This document shows, one piece after another, positions 22,781-31,221 of a stretch of 40,059 bases of DNA. Under the pieces are notes generated by a model that worked only from the letters and a program-made list of their open reading frames with translations, was not told the origin of the DNA and did no database searches. Position 1 is the stretch's first letter; the number at the start of each line of letters is the position of its first letter. The DNA is from a virus (lineage: Duplodnaviria > Heunggongvirae > Uroviricota > Caudoviricetes). Position numbers and translations under genes: made by a program. The stretch spans positions 1 through 40,059 of IMG/VR virus record IMGVR_UViG_3300046491_000064, one strand, 5' to 3'.

Positions 22781-23253
22781 TTCTTGAACCCTCCGAGTAA
22801 TTGAATTTGTTTGGTGTATTTATTGATACGCTTGATGTTCATATCTTTCAGACTATTCGAAAGATTGGCGGCAGTATCGCAAAGCTTAACCTTCAAGGCA
22901 AGAGGATTAGCCTTAACCGCTTCGATGTAATCTTTGTAACTCTGACCTTCGTGTTTTGTGATTGCCTTGACAGCATCAACAACATCGACACAAATACCGA
23001 GTTCAGTAAGTGTATCACAGGTGCAGTCTGTATCTTCAATGATATCATGCAGGAAAGCGATAGCACGAAGGCAGTCAACCTCGTCACCGGGTTCTTTGCT
23101 GAACTGCTCAGATGGTAATTTAACATTGGCATACATATGTACAACATTGCGGTCAACTTCAATCAGATGGACCAAATATGAAACATCACCGTACATTTGG
23201 CCTTCATGATAGACAATGGCAAGCTCAAGAGCGATTGGTAGTTGTTCATTCAT
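22777..23253 (-). CDS. HD-domain phosphohydrolase, RelA/SpoT hydrolase (Mesh1/HDDC3)-like
   Basis: HEGQ..G..SY..HL..V, AFLHDIIEDT, VKLCD...NL. Confidence 0.88.
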   Translation of the reverse strand: MNEQLPIALELAIVYHEGQMYGDVSYLVHLIEVDRNVVHMYANVKLPSEQFSKEPGDEVDCLRAIAFLHDIIEDTDCTCDTLTELGICVDVVDAVKAITKHEGQSYKDYIEAVKANPLALKVKLCDTAANLSNSLKDMNIKRINKYTKQIQLLGGFKK

Positions 23254-23408
23254 TGTAATACTCCTTGTACTTTAATGGCTTCTTCAGGTGTCTTTCCTGT
23301 ATTGTACTGTTTCATAAGCTCTTTGTAAACAACTTGTTTGCCTGACAGTTGCTTAACTGTTTCCACATACCACATCCATCCACCTACAATACTCTTTGCC
23401 TTTGTCAT
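23250..23408 (-). CDS. hypothetical protein (MTKAKSIV..., 52 aa; not in ORF track)
   Basis: TGATG and ATGA overlaps on both sides. Confidence 0.6.
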   Translation of the reverse strand: MTKAKSIVGGWMWYVETVKQLSGKQVVYKELMKQYNTGKTPEEAIKVQGVLQ

Positions 23409-23695
23409 CACCAAACCCTCTGAGCTTCAAGCTCTTTAATTCGAGTACGCAACTCTGTTGTCAACCAGTTGAACTCAGTTCTCAGGTCTCGTACAGGGGT
23501 GTCGTCAACAACTTCAAACCGACATTGACTATACCGTGCGATTCTGAAGTCATCGTTGATGATAGAATACTGATCGGTTTTACCACCATTGAGAACTTCA
23601 CCAACCTTGTACACTTTACCGATTGTAAGTCCTGTAGGCATTCCGGGTTGACCATCGCTACGCGGAGTGCTCTTATCGACGCATTTTACTTTCAT
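23408..23695 (-). CDS. hypothetical protein (95 aa)
   Basis: First gene after promoter 23726-23753. Confidence 0.75.
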   Translation of the reverse strand: MKVKCVDKSTPRSDGQPGMPTGLTIGKVYKVGEVLNGGKTDQYSIINDDFRIARYSQCRFEVVDDTPVRDLRTEFNWLTTELRTRIKELEAQRVW

Positions 23696-23725
23696 TTGAT
23701 GACCCTGTGTTTGTTTGATGTGCCT

Positions 23726-23753
23726 ATTCTATCAGAAGTGGTTGATACGTCAA
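23726..23753 (-). promoter_or_regulatory. promoter TTGACG-16-TAGAAT (early-type)
   Basis: ATAAAGC UP element as in early promoters; TATCA/TGATA inverted repeat in spacer. Confidence 0.8.
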
Positions 23754-23770
23754 GCTTTATTTTAGACAAT

Positions 23771-23793
23771 AGAAAACCCCGCCGAAGCGGGGT
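23771..23793 (-). terminator. intrinsic terminator ACCCCGC-TTCG-GCGGGGT + TTTCT
   Basis: UUCG tetraloop directly after the NAMPT-like gene. Confidence 0.85.
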
Positions 23794-23798
23794 CATGT

Positions 23799-25607
23799 TC
23801 ACAGTCGAGAACGAATCTCATCCATCGTAGTCAAGTTGTAGAACACACCGTCTTTGAAACGTGTTTTCAACTCTCCAAGCTTTTCAGCTTGATAAGCTAC
23901 ATCGTCTCCTAGAATATACTCGCCAGTTGTGGCCGAGCGGCTTACTTGCAACAGACCTTTAGCAGATTTCTTCTTGCTGTCAGTCTTCGGGTCTTTGAAG
24001 ATTGCAATCCCAACACCATTTACTTCAGTGTAAGTTGCTTTAACCGCAAAGCCAAATGAGTCGCGTGTCACACACTGGTAAGTGTAGGAGCCGACGCCGA
24101 ACACTACGTTACCAGATGCAAACCCTTGCTCTTCCAGACGCTTCAGGATCGACAGGCATCGACGTGTGGTAATCGAGTCACCATAGATCAACCCAATGTG
24201 CGAATCAAGCAGTCTGTGACCAGTTTCGGTAACAGTGCCGCCGAACTCTTCCCACAATACTTGCACAGCACCTTTCTGTTCAGCTGTAAGATCAGCTTCT
24301 TCAAAGACGGTAATTTTACGACCATCAATATAGTAGAACTGTTTGTCGTGACGATTCCACTCTACAGAACAAACTGCACGATACACTTTACCTTCAACAC
24401 GGAAATATGCTTCATACTCGCTGTCACCCATTTCACCATGTTCATTCTGTTGCTCAATTATGTCATAGAATGAATCTTCTACCCAGTCACGCGCCTGATC
24501 AATAGTGCAATCAAGGTTGATAATGTCAACAGTGCCACAGATCACTTGCAGTGGATCACCAGAGTCAGGACGAATAACCAATTTACCCGGTACAACACCA
24601 TTGCTTTCACGACGCATGATAACGTCTTTCATGTATGGCAGGCCACGGCTAATCATTCCGTAGAAGTCAAAGCTGTCAGTTACATACGAAAGAATACCTG
24701 TTGGAAACTTGGAGTTCAATTCGTACAGAAACATCACTTCTGCGATCAGTCGAACATCTTCATCAGCTTTCGCCATCTTGGTGTATATTGCACGCTGCTC
24801 TTCATTCTGGAAGACGTATTCTTGAAACATAAGTTCACGTTCAATACGAAGAATGTTACTTGTTGCAACGGCGTGCTCTGTTGCTGGAACCGAACAGGCT
24901 ACAAAGTCAGGAGCACCATAGTATTCCTGTGCGTACAGAATTGCACCAAGACTATCCGTACCCAAGTGACCAGCTGCAATGTGACCGAAACCAGTCCGTG
25001 CAGCATCTTCAGGACCGGACATACCACGAGCACTAAAGTCGTGAACTTGGAATGCAGTTCCTTCAATTGGGCTACCGGTTTTAACCGCATAGTCATTGAT
25101 CATCGCTTTGTATTCGGTAGCGATAGTTGCGGCAGTGCTTGTTTTCCAAGTCAAGTTGCTGATGGTTGTTTCAAGGAAGTTCACCAGCCAGTAAGCGTGC
25201 TTCACAGTGTTCTTGATAGTCAGTACCGGAACACCCATTGGAACTTTGCTACCTTCGTCAAGGGTTTTAATCTCAAGCGGCAGGTAACCAAGATCGTGCA
25301 ATGCTGCAAGATTGTCAGTGCTGATTGCATCACGACCAAGATAGTTATCACAAAGCATCTTGAATCGAGCGATAGCAATGAACTTCTCGGTATCAAAGAA
25401 CTTTTTCCAGTTCTCTACCATTTCGATCAATGCACCTTGGACACCAACCAATACCAGCTTACCGTCATAGTAAGAAGTTGCAGAACCACGATAGATACGA
25501 TCAGAACGTGGTGTAAGGTTGCTATAGACCAGATCAGTGCCTTCAGCATACATTGCTGCGTGGGCCAGCTTATAACCGTCGCTGTTAAACGGGGCAAAAA
25601 GATTCAT
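23799..25607 (-). CDS. nadV: nicotinamide phosphoribosyltransferase-like protein (NadV/Nampt; probable Namat of NARP1)
   Basis: DGYKLAH, LTPR, HDFSARG, GSD-like GTDS, VPATEH, VTDSFD, RPDSGD, IYGDSIT, FGVGS, SAKG motifs. Confidence 0.92.
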   Translation of the reverse strand: MNLFAPFNSDGYKLAHAAMYAEGTDLVYSNLTPRSDRIYRGSATSYYDGKLVLVGVQGALIEMVENWKKFFDTEKFIAIARFKMLCDNYLGRDAISTDNLAALHDLGYLPLEIKTLDEGSKVPMGVPVLTIKNTVKHAYWLVNFLETTISNLTWKTSTAATIATEYKAMINDYAVKTGSPIEGTAFQVHDFSARGMSGPEDAARTGFGHIAAGHLGTDSLGAILYAQEYYGAPDFVACSVPATEHAVATSNILRIERELMFQEYVFQNEEQRAIYTKMAKADEDVRLIAEVMFLYELNSKFPTGILSYVTDSFDFYGMISRGLPYMKDVIMRRESNGVVPGKLVIRPDSGDPLQVICGTVDIINLDCTIDQARDWVEDSFYDIIEQQNEHGEMGDSEYEAYFRVEGKVYRAVCSVEWNRHDKQFYYIDGRKITVFEEADLTAEQKGAVQVLWEEFGGTVTETGHRLLDSHIGLIYGDSITTRRCLSILKRLEEQGFASGNVVFGVGSYTYQCVTRDSFGFAVKATYTEVNGVGIAIFKDPKTDSKKKSAKGLLQVSRSATTGEYILGDDVAYQAEKLGELKTRFKDGVFYNLTTMDEIRSRL

Positions 25608-25783
25608 TAAGTATTCTCCCTTACAATATCCAAAAGTGTGATAGCCAGTTCTGATGCATCTTCAAGGCAAACTGTGATCTTACGAACATTATCACCATAA
25701 CCCTCTTTGATTACAAGAACATTCACTGCTCCACCGATGAATCCTACACTGATAGATTCATCACCAGCAAGTTGTTTAATCAT
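25607..25783 (-). CDS. small protein between the PRS-like and NAMPT-like genes (MIKQLAG..., 58 aa; not in ORF track)
   Basis: ATGA and TAATG coupling on both sides. Confidence 0.65.
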   Translation of the reverse strand: MIKQLAGDESISVGFIGGAVNVLVIKEGYGDNVRKITVCLEDASELAITLLDIVRENT

Positions 25784-26628
25784 CGTTTAATCACCACCAC
25801 CTTACTGTTGTTTTTGTCGCTATTAAAGAAGTCCGTAGTATACACGGTATCAAAGGGTTTTGCAACAACATCAACACCTTGTGTGAACAGACCGTGAGTC
25901 ACAGCCAAATCAAGTTGAGCAACCACAGTGTTTTCTTCAATCACTTTGGCAACTTCAATAAATGTGCGTCCACCATCACAAATGTCATCCAGCACCAACA
26001 GTTTGCAAAAGCTTGTTGGAATCTCATCGAGCAACCGAAGTTGAACTGTATCACCAACGCGGTGTTTCATGCAAGTAATAACACCAGCGGCACCAGTACG
26101 TTCTGCAAATGCTTCACACTTCTTTGTTGCTCCTTGGTCTGGTGCAACAATGTATACATCGTGGAAGCTCGTATAAATCTGACCAAAGATAGCATACTGA
26201 TCTACTACATGCAGATTGTTAATGCAAGCGTCAGCAACACTGCTATGTGGATCGAATACAACAACAGAATCGAAACCCATGCTGTTAATCAGGTTACCGA
26301 ATACTTTCAGGCTGTGACCCTCACCAACCTTACAAATCCGATCCTGACGTGCATATGGCAGGTAAGGAATGTTCAGAGTGAAGTTTGCATATACAAAGTG
26401 GCGACGAAGTGCGTCCATAGTTTGCATGAGAGCAATAATCTGATCACTCATGTTCACATCTTTACCACGTTGATCTTTCATCTCACCGAAGTGAATGTTG
26501 ACCTCAACTTCTTGTCGGCAAAAGTCAAGTCGAGCATCACCAGTGTTAATATTCACACCAACCCCACCGTCTGGAAACTTCCAGACGTTAACATGAGTGG
26601 TTTTAAAACCAAGTGTGTAACTGATCAT
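25780..26628 (-). CDS. prs: ribose-phosphate pyrophosphokinase-like protein (probable Adps of NARP1)
   Basis: FPDG, PYLPYARQDR, DPHS, APDQGA, LDDICDGGRTF, THGLF; start at ATG 26628. Confidence 0.92.
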   Translation of the reverse strand: MISYTLGFKTTHVNVWKFPDGGVGVNINTGDARLDFCRQEVEVNIHFGEMKDQRGKDVNMSDQIIALMQTMDALRRHFVYANFTLNIPYLPYARQDRICKVGEGHSLKVFGNLINSMGFDSVVVFDPHSSVADACINNLHVVDQYAIFGQIYTSFHDVYIVAPDQGATKKCEAFAERTGAAGVITCMKHRVGDTVQLRLLDEIPTSFCKLLVLDDICDGGRTFIEVAKVIEENTVVAQLDLAVTHGLFTQGVDVVAKPFDTVYTTDFFNSDKNNSKVVVIKR

Positions 26629-26819
26629 TGAAGTTCTCCTTTCCATGGTGCGATATCATCTTCATCGAGATACCAGAAATCAGTCTTATCAAGATTCCAA
26701 GCAGCCTCTACTTTGTTATCATCGTCAAACTTTTTGATGATAACTTTCTGACCGATATAGAAGCTATGCCCGCACGTATTATCAACAACTTCAACAATTT
26801 GACCTAATTCGTATTGCAT
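26625..26819 (-). CDS. small SH3-like beta protein (MQYELGQIVEVV...)
   Basis: AAGGAG SD; fold inferred from pattern. Confidence 0.6.
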   Translation of the reverse strand: MQYELGQIVEVVDNTCGHSFYIGQKVIIKKFDDDNKVEAAWNLDKTDFWYLDEDDIAPWKGELQ

Positions 26820-26829
26820 TCTATTCTCC

Positions 26830-27708
26830 TTAGAATTCGATATATGGATCAGCAACAGCGATGACGTTTGGAATCTTCAGTTCATGCCAAAGGCGAATCA
26901 TCTGAGGACGGTCATCTACAGCTGCGACTACGTTATACTCATTTGCGATGTTTGTCCAGAAGATTTCTTCTTTAACTTCATTATCTTTCCTGAAGTCACC
27001 AGCCTGACGCATGTACAGGTGCTTGTAAAACCACCCACCAACATGCTCATCAAGCCATTCTTTTGTTTCGCCACAGCAAGCATCAGAGCGACCAGAGCAT
27101 ACGATGATAGTGTAACCTGACATCGCATAGTTTTGCAACATCTGGATAATCACTTTGCGTGGTTTATCTTCACCTACACGCGCCCAATCGAACGGACCAC
27201 GATCACCCATTTCAGCGATAGTACCATCAACATCAAAGATGATAGCCTTCGGCTTGCTTTCGTCACCAATATAAGTGCGACGACCAAGGAAGTCAAGCAT
27301 TTTCAGGTTCTGACGATAAATAACTGATTCACCGACACCATTTTCACGCAGGTTGTCACGCTTAATTGCAAGTTCACGAGTGATGTTAAACACTTCGACA
27401 CTTACTTCATAACCAAGTGCTTCCAGATGACGAATGAGACCAGCACGAGTGCTAGTGTTCAAGTTGGTATCAGAGATAACAATGTTTTCGCTTTTGAAGC
27501 ATGATTCCATGATCATCTGACCTTGGATGCCGGTTACTTCTTTTTCGTTTGCTTTGCTGAACTTGTATGTAGACCAGTTTGCACCGGGTTTAACGATATT
27601 AAAGCGAATCCAATCACGGTTGATATCACGATACCCTTGTGCTACAAGCTCTTTTGCATATGAAGTTTTGCCGCTGGCACTGATGCCGACTGTAATTACT
27701 GCACGCAT
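26830..27708 (-). CDS. pseT: polynucleotide 5'-kinase/3'-phosphatase (T4 PseT-like)
   Basis: P-loop GISASGKT, ISDTN, HAD DVDGT, SGR, DDR. Confidence 0.93.
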   Translation of the reverse strand: MRAVITVGISASGKTSYAKELVAQGYRDINRDWIRFNIVKPGANWSTYKFSKANEKEVTGIQGQMIMESCFKSENIVISDTNLNTSTRAGLIRHLEALGYEVSVEVFNITRELAIKRDNLRENGVGESVIYRQNLKMLDFLGRRTYIGDESKPKAIIFDVDGTIAEMGDRGPFDWARVGEDKPRKVIIQMLQNYAMSGYTIIVCSGRSDACCGETKEWLDEHVGGWFYKHLYMRQAGDFRKDNEVKEEIFWTNIANEYNVVAAVDDRPQMIRLWHELKIPNVIAVADPYIEF

Positions 27709-28118
27709 TATTTTACTCCCTCTAAGTAGTCTTTGTATTTTGTAATCATTGCTGCCATTTCATTGTCAACAAGAACGGTTTCATCAATCTCACAGCGATC
27801 ATACAATGCTTTGATTGGTTTGATCTTACTTTCCCATGTACATGACCACCAATCAATTTCGTCACATTCCTCAGTTGTCAATACTTCATGAAGAATATCG
27901 GTCCAGTGCCCGAATGTTGACAAACGTGAACGTGCAAATTGGGTAACTGTCTTTTTGCGATGCCACCACTTTGTGAAAGCACTACCATTCAGATAATGCT
28001 TTTCATAATACAGTTTGATACCTTTGTCACGAAGCTCTTTTGCCACATCGTATCTGACTTCAAACCCGATAATCGCAGCAAGAAGATCAGATCGACTTAC
28101 ATTTACATAGCCTTTCAA
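27708..28118 (-). CDS. hypothetical protein between rnl and pnk (136 aa)
   Basis: Coupled overlaps. Confidence 0.75.
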   Translation of the reverse strand: MKGYVNVSRSDLLAAIIGFEVRYDVAKELRDKGIKLYYEKHYLNGSAFTKWWHRKKTVTQFARSRLSTFGHWTDILHEVLTTEECDEIDWWSCTWESKIKPIKALYDRCEIDETVLVDNEMAAMITKYKDYLEGVK

Positions 28119-29269
28119 AGAAAGTTCTCCATTTGTTCTAGTCGATAAGCAAGACGTTGACCGTCAAATGCTTTGAGTGGGTCCATTTTACCAGCACGAG
28201 CTTTGAACAAGCAAGCACTGAAATGATGTTTTGTAGCTTCTGCTGCAAATGATTTCTGATCTTCAATACGATAAATTCGGTTGTATACATTAACGATATC
28301 ATTAATCAAGCTTACATATGCATCTAGAAACGGCTGAAGAATCCTTTCGTCTTCAGGGAAATAGGTCAGGTATTCTGACACCTCACCTGAAAGAACCAGT
28401 TCACAACTACGCTTATGATTCAAGCCTTCACCACGAATATGATGAACTGCCACGTAAGCTGGACTCTTAACTTTGCATATAGGAATGCCATTTTGGTATA
28501 CAACATAACCTTCGTCAAGGTCTTTCAGCGAACGAGATGCTTCCTGACATGCTTCTGGTGTATCAAACTTGTATACTTTAGGATTAGAAATACGGTCTTT
28601 CATGCCGGATACTTCACCAAACAACCATTCACGTTCAAGTTCAGAATGATACTCGTAAGTACGGTTATCACGAGCGGCAAGGAAATGAAGTTTGTAACCA
28701 TCATAATGCTTGACAACACGGTTTTCAACAGATGTCAGTTCGAAGATGTAAGTCATATGGTGCATCATCAAAGAGCGAGTCATCAGCGATTGGAAATCAC
28801 CATCGTTTTCTACACCAAGTGCATTGTATACAAGTTCACGGAAAGTGATACCCCAGTCACCACAAGGCACGTCAGCAAAAGCTGTACCGCGCGTTGCAAT
28901 CTCCCAACGATTGTTGTAGTTGTAAATCTTAATCAGGCTACCATCAACCTTATCGAAAACCTCTGCTTTGCTCCAATCGATTGCTGGCATTGTATCCAGT
29001 GCTTCACCGAGATTGAAGAATCGGTCAAATGAACGAGAAACAACACGAAGAGTTTCTTGCTCAAGAATAAGACCACGACATTCCATAACAATTGGATGTG
29101 TCTTTGGGCTTTCAATCTGGCAATAGTTAAGAACCATCAATCGCCCTTCCAAACGAACTTTGATGCCGAACTCTTCTTTCAGTGCTTCGATACCGTTGCT
29201 GCGAATATAATCAACTACTAGCATTTTGTTTTCCTCAGAATATTGGATTGACATGTGTTTCGTTGCCAC
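28115..29269 (-). CDS. rnlA: RNA ligase 1 (T4 RnlA-like)
   Basis: ECRGLI, FDRFFNLGE, DKVDGS (KxDG), FEL, EGYV, KVKSPAY. Confidence 0.9.
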   Translation of the reverse strand: MATKHMSIQYSEENKMLVVDYIRSNGIEALKEEFGIKVRLEGRLMVLNYCQIESPKTHPIVMECRGLILEQETLRVVSRSFDRFFNLGEALDTMPAIDWSKAEVFDKVDGSLIKIYNYNNRWEIATRGTAFADVPCGDWGITFRELVYNALGVENDGDFQSLMTRSLMMHHMTYIFELTSVENRVVKHYDGYKLHFLAARDNRTYEYHSELEREWLFGEVSGMKDRISNPKVYKFDTPEACQEASRSLKDLDEGYVVYQNGIPICKVKSPAYVAVHHIRGEGLNHKRSCELVLSGEVSEYLTYFPEDERILQPFLDAYVSLINDIVNVYNRIYRIEDQKSFAAEATKHHFSACLFKARAGKMDPLKAFDGQRLAYRLEQMENFL

Positions 29270-29423
29270 AACTTGGGCACTTTATAGTAGCTGACAAGTC
29301 GCGATCACCTGTGTAATCGCTTGCGAATTCAATCTTCATGTCGTTGAACTCGTATTCAAGCACACATCGACATTTGTTGCAAGTGCATTGTTTTGTTTCT
29401 GGTGCAGATACTACGCGAACCAT
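29235..29423 (-). CDS. zinc-ribbon protein (62 aa)
   Basis: CNKC ... CPSC; AAGGAG SD. Confidence 0.75.
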   Translation of the reverse strand: MVRVVSAPETKQCTCNKCRCVLEYEFNDMKIEFASDYTGDRDLSATIKCPSCGNETHVNPIF

Positions 29424-29432
29424 TTCTTCTCC

Positions 29433-29828
29433 TTAAATGTAAATTCGTAATGCCCATGTAACCTGTCGTCTTGGGCTGTCCCGATGATCATACACGGTTC
29501 CATCAACGACTGCAATGGCATGACCTTTGACTCTGACATAATACCTACCCTCTGGATGAGCCTTACAGAACGCTCCTAGCGTGATTCGGTTGGAGTTGGT
29601 GTACGGCCCTACCTTTGTCTTTGTGTGCCTTAGAGAAGGCTGTAGGACGATTCTAGATACTATCCCTTGTCTTGGTCGTCTACCACAATGTTTAGCAAGG
29701 TGGTTGTGAGCTTTATCATACGTGGTGTTGAATGCTATTGCAAATGCTTTCACTGTGCAGTCATTCGTCTCCCGGTAAGCGTCTGATTTCTCTACCAATG
29801 AAGTTGGCAGAGATGCATATTTATACAT
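29433..29828 (-). CDS. conserved phage protein with papain-like Cys-His-Asp pattern
   Basis: NDCTVKAFAIA ... GHAIAV.DG.VYD; start at ATG 29828. Confidence 0.65.
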   Translation of the reverse strand: MYKYASLPTSLVEKSDAYRETNDCTVKAFAIAFNTTYDKAHNHLAKHCGRRPRQGIVSRIVLQPSLRHTKTKVGPYTNSNRITLGAFCKAHPEGRYYVRVKGHAIAVVDGTVYDHRDSPRRQVTWALRIYI

Positions 29829-29838
29829 CCTTTCCCCT

Positions 29839-29925
29839 TTAGAATAATTTGATGATAGCGACGAACACCGCACCTGCTGTTAGGGCAATAACGAGGACGG
29901 CAATTGCGAATTCCTGCTCTTCCAT
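29839..29925 (-). CDS. small membrane peptide MEEQEFAIAVLVIALTAGAVFVAIIKLF (28 aa)
   Basis: AGGTG SD, first ORF after promoter 29955-29982. Confidence 0.55.
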   Translation of the reverse strand: MEEQEFAIAVLVIALTAGAVFVAIIKLF

Positions 29926-29954
29926 TCTTTCACCTATGTGTCTGTGTGGGAGTG

Positions 29955-29982
29955 ATTCTACACGACTGGTCGTGGGTGTCAA
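29955..29982 (-). promoter_or_regulatory. promoter TTGACA-16-TAGAAT driving the minus-strand block
   Basis: Consensus; CACGA-CCAG-TCGTG inverted repeat in spacer. Confidence 0.85.
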
Positions 29983-30007
29983 CCATTTATTTTCAGTAAA
30001 TTATCTG

Positions 30008-30035
30008 TTGACGATTGCTGTCACTGGTGTATATT
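30008..30035 (+). promoter_or_regulatory. divergent promoter TTGACG-16-TATATT
   Basis: Back-to-back with 29955-29982, upstream of the repeats and wHTH gene. Confidence 0.6.
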
Positions 30036-30052
30036 GGGTGCCATTCAGAAGC

Positions 30053-30110
30053 GACAAAATGTCCTGTGCAGAAAGGACAAAATGTCCGTTGACCACACGA
30101 CAAAATGTCC
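30053..30110 (+). repeat. three exact 12-bp repeats GACAAAATGTCC with 23-bp period (30053, 30076, 30099)
   Basis: Read directly; the unit is a GACA-N3-TGTC pseudo-palindrome. Confidence 0.9.
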
Positions 30111-30169
30111 TCCGATATAGATAGAGTGAGTAAGAGAGAGGAAATAGATAGAATAAATAGGAGTAGGTA

Positions 30170-30592
30170 GTGAGTTTTTATAGGTTTCCAGTAGGATTAT
30201 ATAGAGCTTCAGGATTTGTGAATGCTATCACTGGTGAGGTGGTAAGCCTGACACCTGCTATGAAGATGATCTACGTACATTTGCTAACACGCTTTCACTT
30301 CTTTACTCAGAAGCTAAAGGGTGAGATGTATGAAAGTCAGAAGGCGATAGCGAATGCCTGTGACGTTGACGTCAAGACGGTACAGCGGGCTATCACTACC
30401 TTTACCAAGGCTGGTGTAGTGTCAGTCAAGGTAACCAGAGTGGGCAGTAAATCTAGATCAGTTTACAAACAGGTTAACACCCTGTCGTTAGTGACAGCAA
30501 AGAAAGTGGTTGACGTTGATGATCAACCTGATATCATGGATCAACCGGAATACGATGATGAATTCCTATCCTCAATCAACTTTGGAGAATGA
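30170..30592 (+). CDS. winged-helix DNA-binding protein (HTH_36 / replication-initiator-like N-terminus)
   Basis: YESQKAIANACDVDVKTVQRAITTFTKAGVV HTH; GTG start with AGGAG SD (alternative ATG 30260). Confidence 0.75.
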   Translation: MSFYRFPVGLYRASGFVNAITGEVVSLTPAMKMIYVHLLTRFHFFTQKLKGEMYESQKAIANACDVDVKTVQRAITTFTKAGVVSVKVTRVGSKSRSVYKQVNTLSLVTAKKVVDVDDQPDIMDQPEYDDEFLSSINFGE

Positions 30593-30593
30593 A

Positions 30594-30851
30594 ATGAATG
30601 ATGGTGTAATGAACACTTGGTCTGTCGTTGAGTCAAATGCAGATTCATCTGACACAGTTCATATCTGTGCTAGACAAGAGACAGCTGAATACCTTCGTGA
30701 TTGGTGTGAGGCAATTGAATATAATTCCATGATCAACACTGTGGCAACACTGGGTTTAACCACCAACTCACACCTTAATCGTAACTATCGTCAAACCTTC
30801 ATAGATCGACTGGCTCATTACCATGTCGAAGAAAGTGAGGTGATTCTGTGA
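30594..30851 (+). CDS. hypothetical protein (MNDGVM..., 85 aa)
   Basis: GGAG SD. Confidence 0.7.
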   Translation: MNDGVMNTWSVVESNADSSDTVHICARQETAEYLRDWCEAIEYNSMINTVATLGLTTNSHLNRNYRQTFIDRLAHYHVEESEVIL

Positions 30852-31030
30852 CCGCTAAATTCAATGATAACTGTGATTACTTTGGTGGTGCAGTGCTAGC
30901 AGATAGTACATGTGGCATTGTAACGCTCTCTACTGCGTCAGGAGCAACGTTCACATTCAAGCTGAATGATGACCCGGAATTCGTAATGTCAGGTCTTAGC
31001 GAACCTTGTATGCTGTCTGAGCGGTGGTGA
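30848..31030 (+). CDS. hypothetical protein (60 aa)
   Basis: GTGA overlap, GAGGT SD. Confidence 0.6.
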   Translation: MTAKFNDNCDYFGGAVLADSTCGIVTLSTASGATFTFKLNDDPEFVMSGLSEPCMLSERW

Positions 31031-31032
31031 GT

Positions 31033-31221
31033 ATGAAACTGTTCGCTCAATCTGAGTTGATCGTTGATCAATACGGTTCTGTAGACATGCACATGCGTAA
31101 AGAACCCGAGTTCGCTCCTAACCCATACAGCAACTACACAGGAGGTAATCTGAAGTACCTTATGCTACCCCAAGGTACAAGGGTCCGAATCACTGTCGAG
31201 GTCATAGAGGAAAATGTGTGA
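31033..31221 (+). CDS. hypothetical protein (MKLFAQ..., 62 aa)
   Basis: Operon context. Confidence 0.65.
   Translation: MKLFAQSELIVDQYGSVDMHMRKEPEFAPNPYSNYTGGNLKYLMLPQGTRVRITVEVIEENV

Noticed and set aside
24290-24545. Insertion in the NAMPT-like protein as an intein or intron
   Set aside because: It starts near a Cys but lacks a terminal His-Asn followed by C/S/T, has no homing endonuclease motif, and keeps the frame.
24546-25610. Long + strand ORF (354 aa) and similar antisense ORFs at 18909-19616, 25879-26631, 28415-29032 and 36746-37405
   Set aside because: Shadow frames exactly opposite well-supported genes with biased codon use; no SD sites or motifs recognised.
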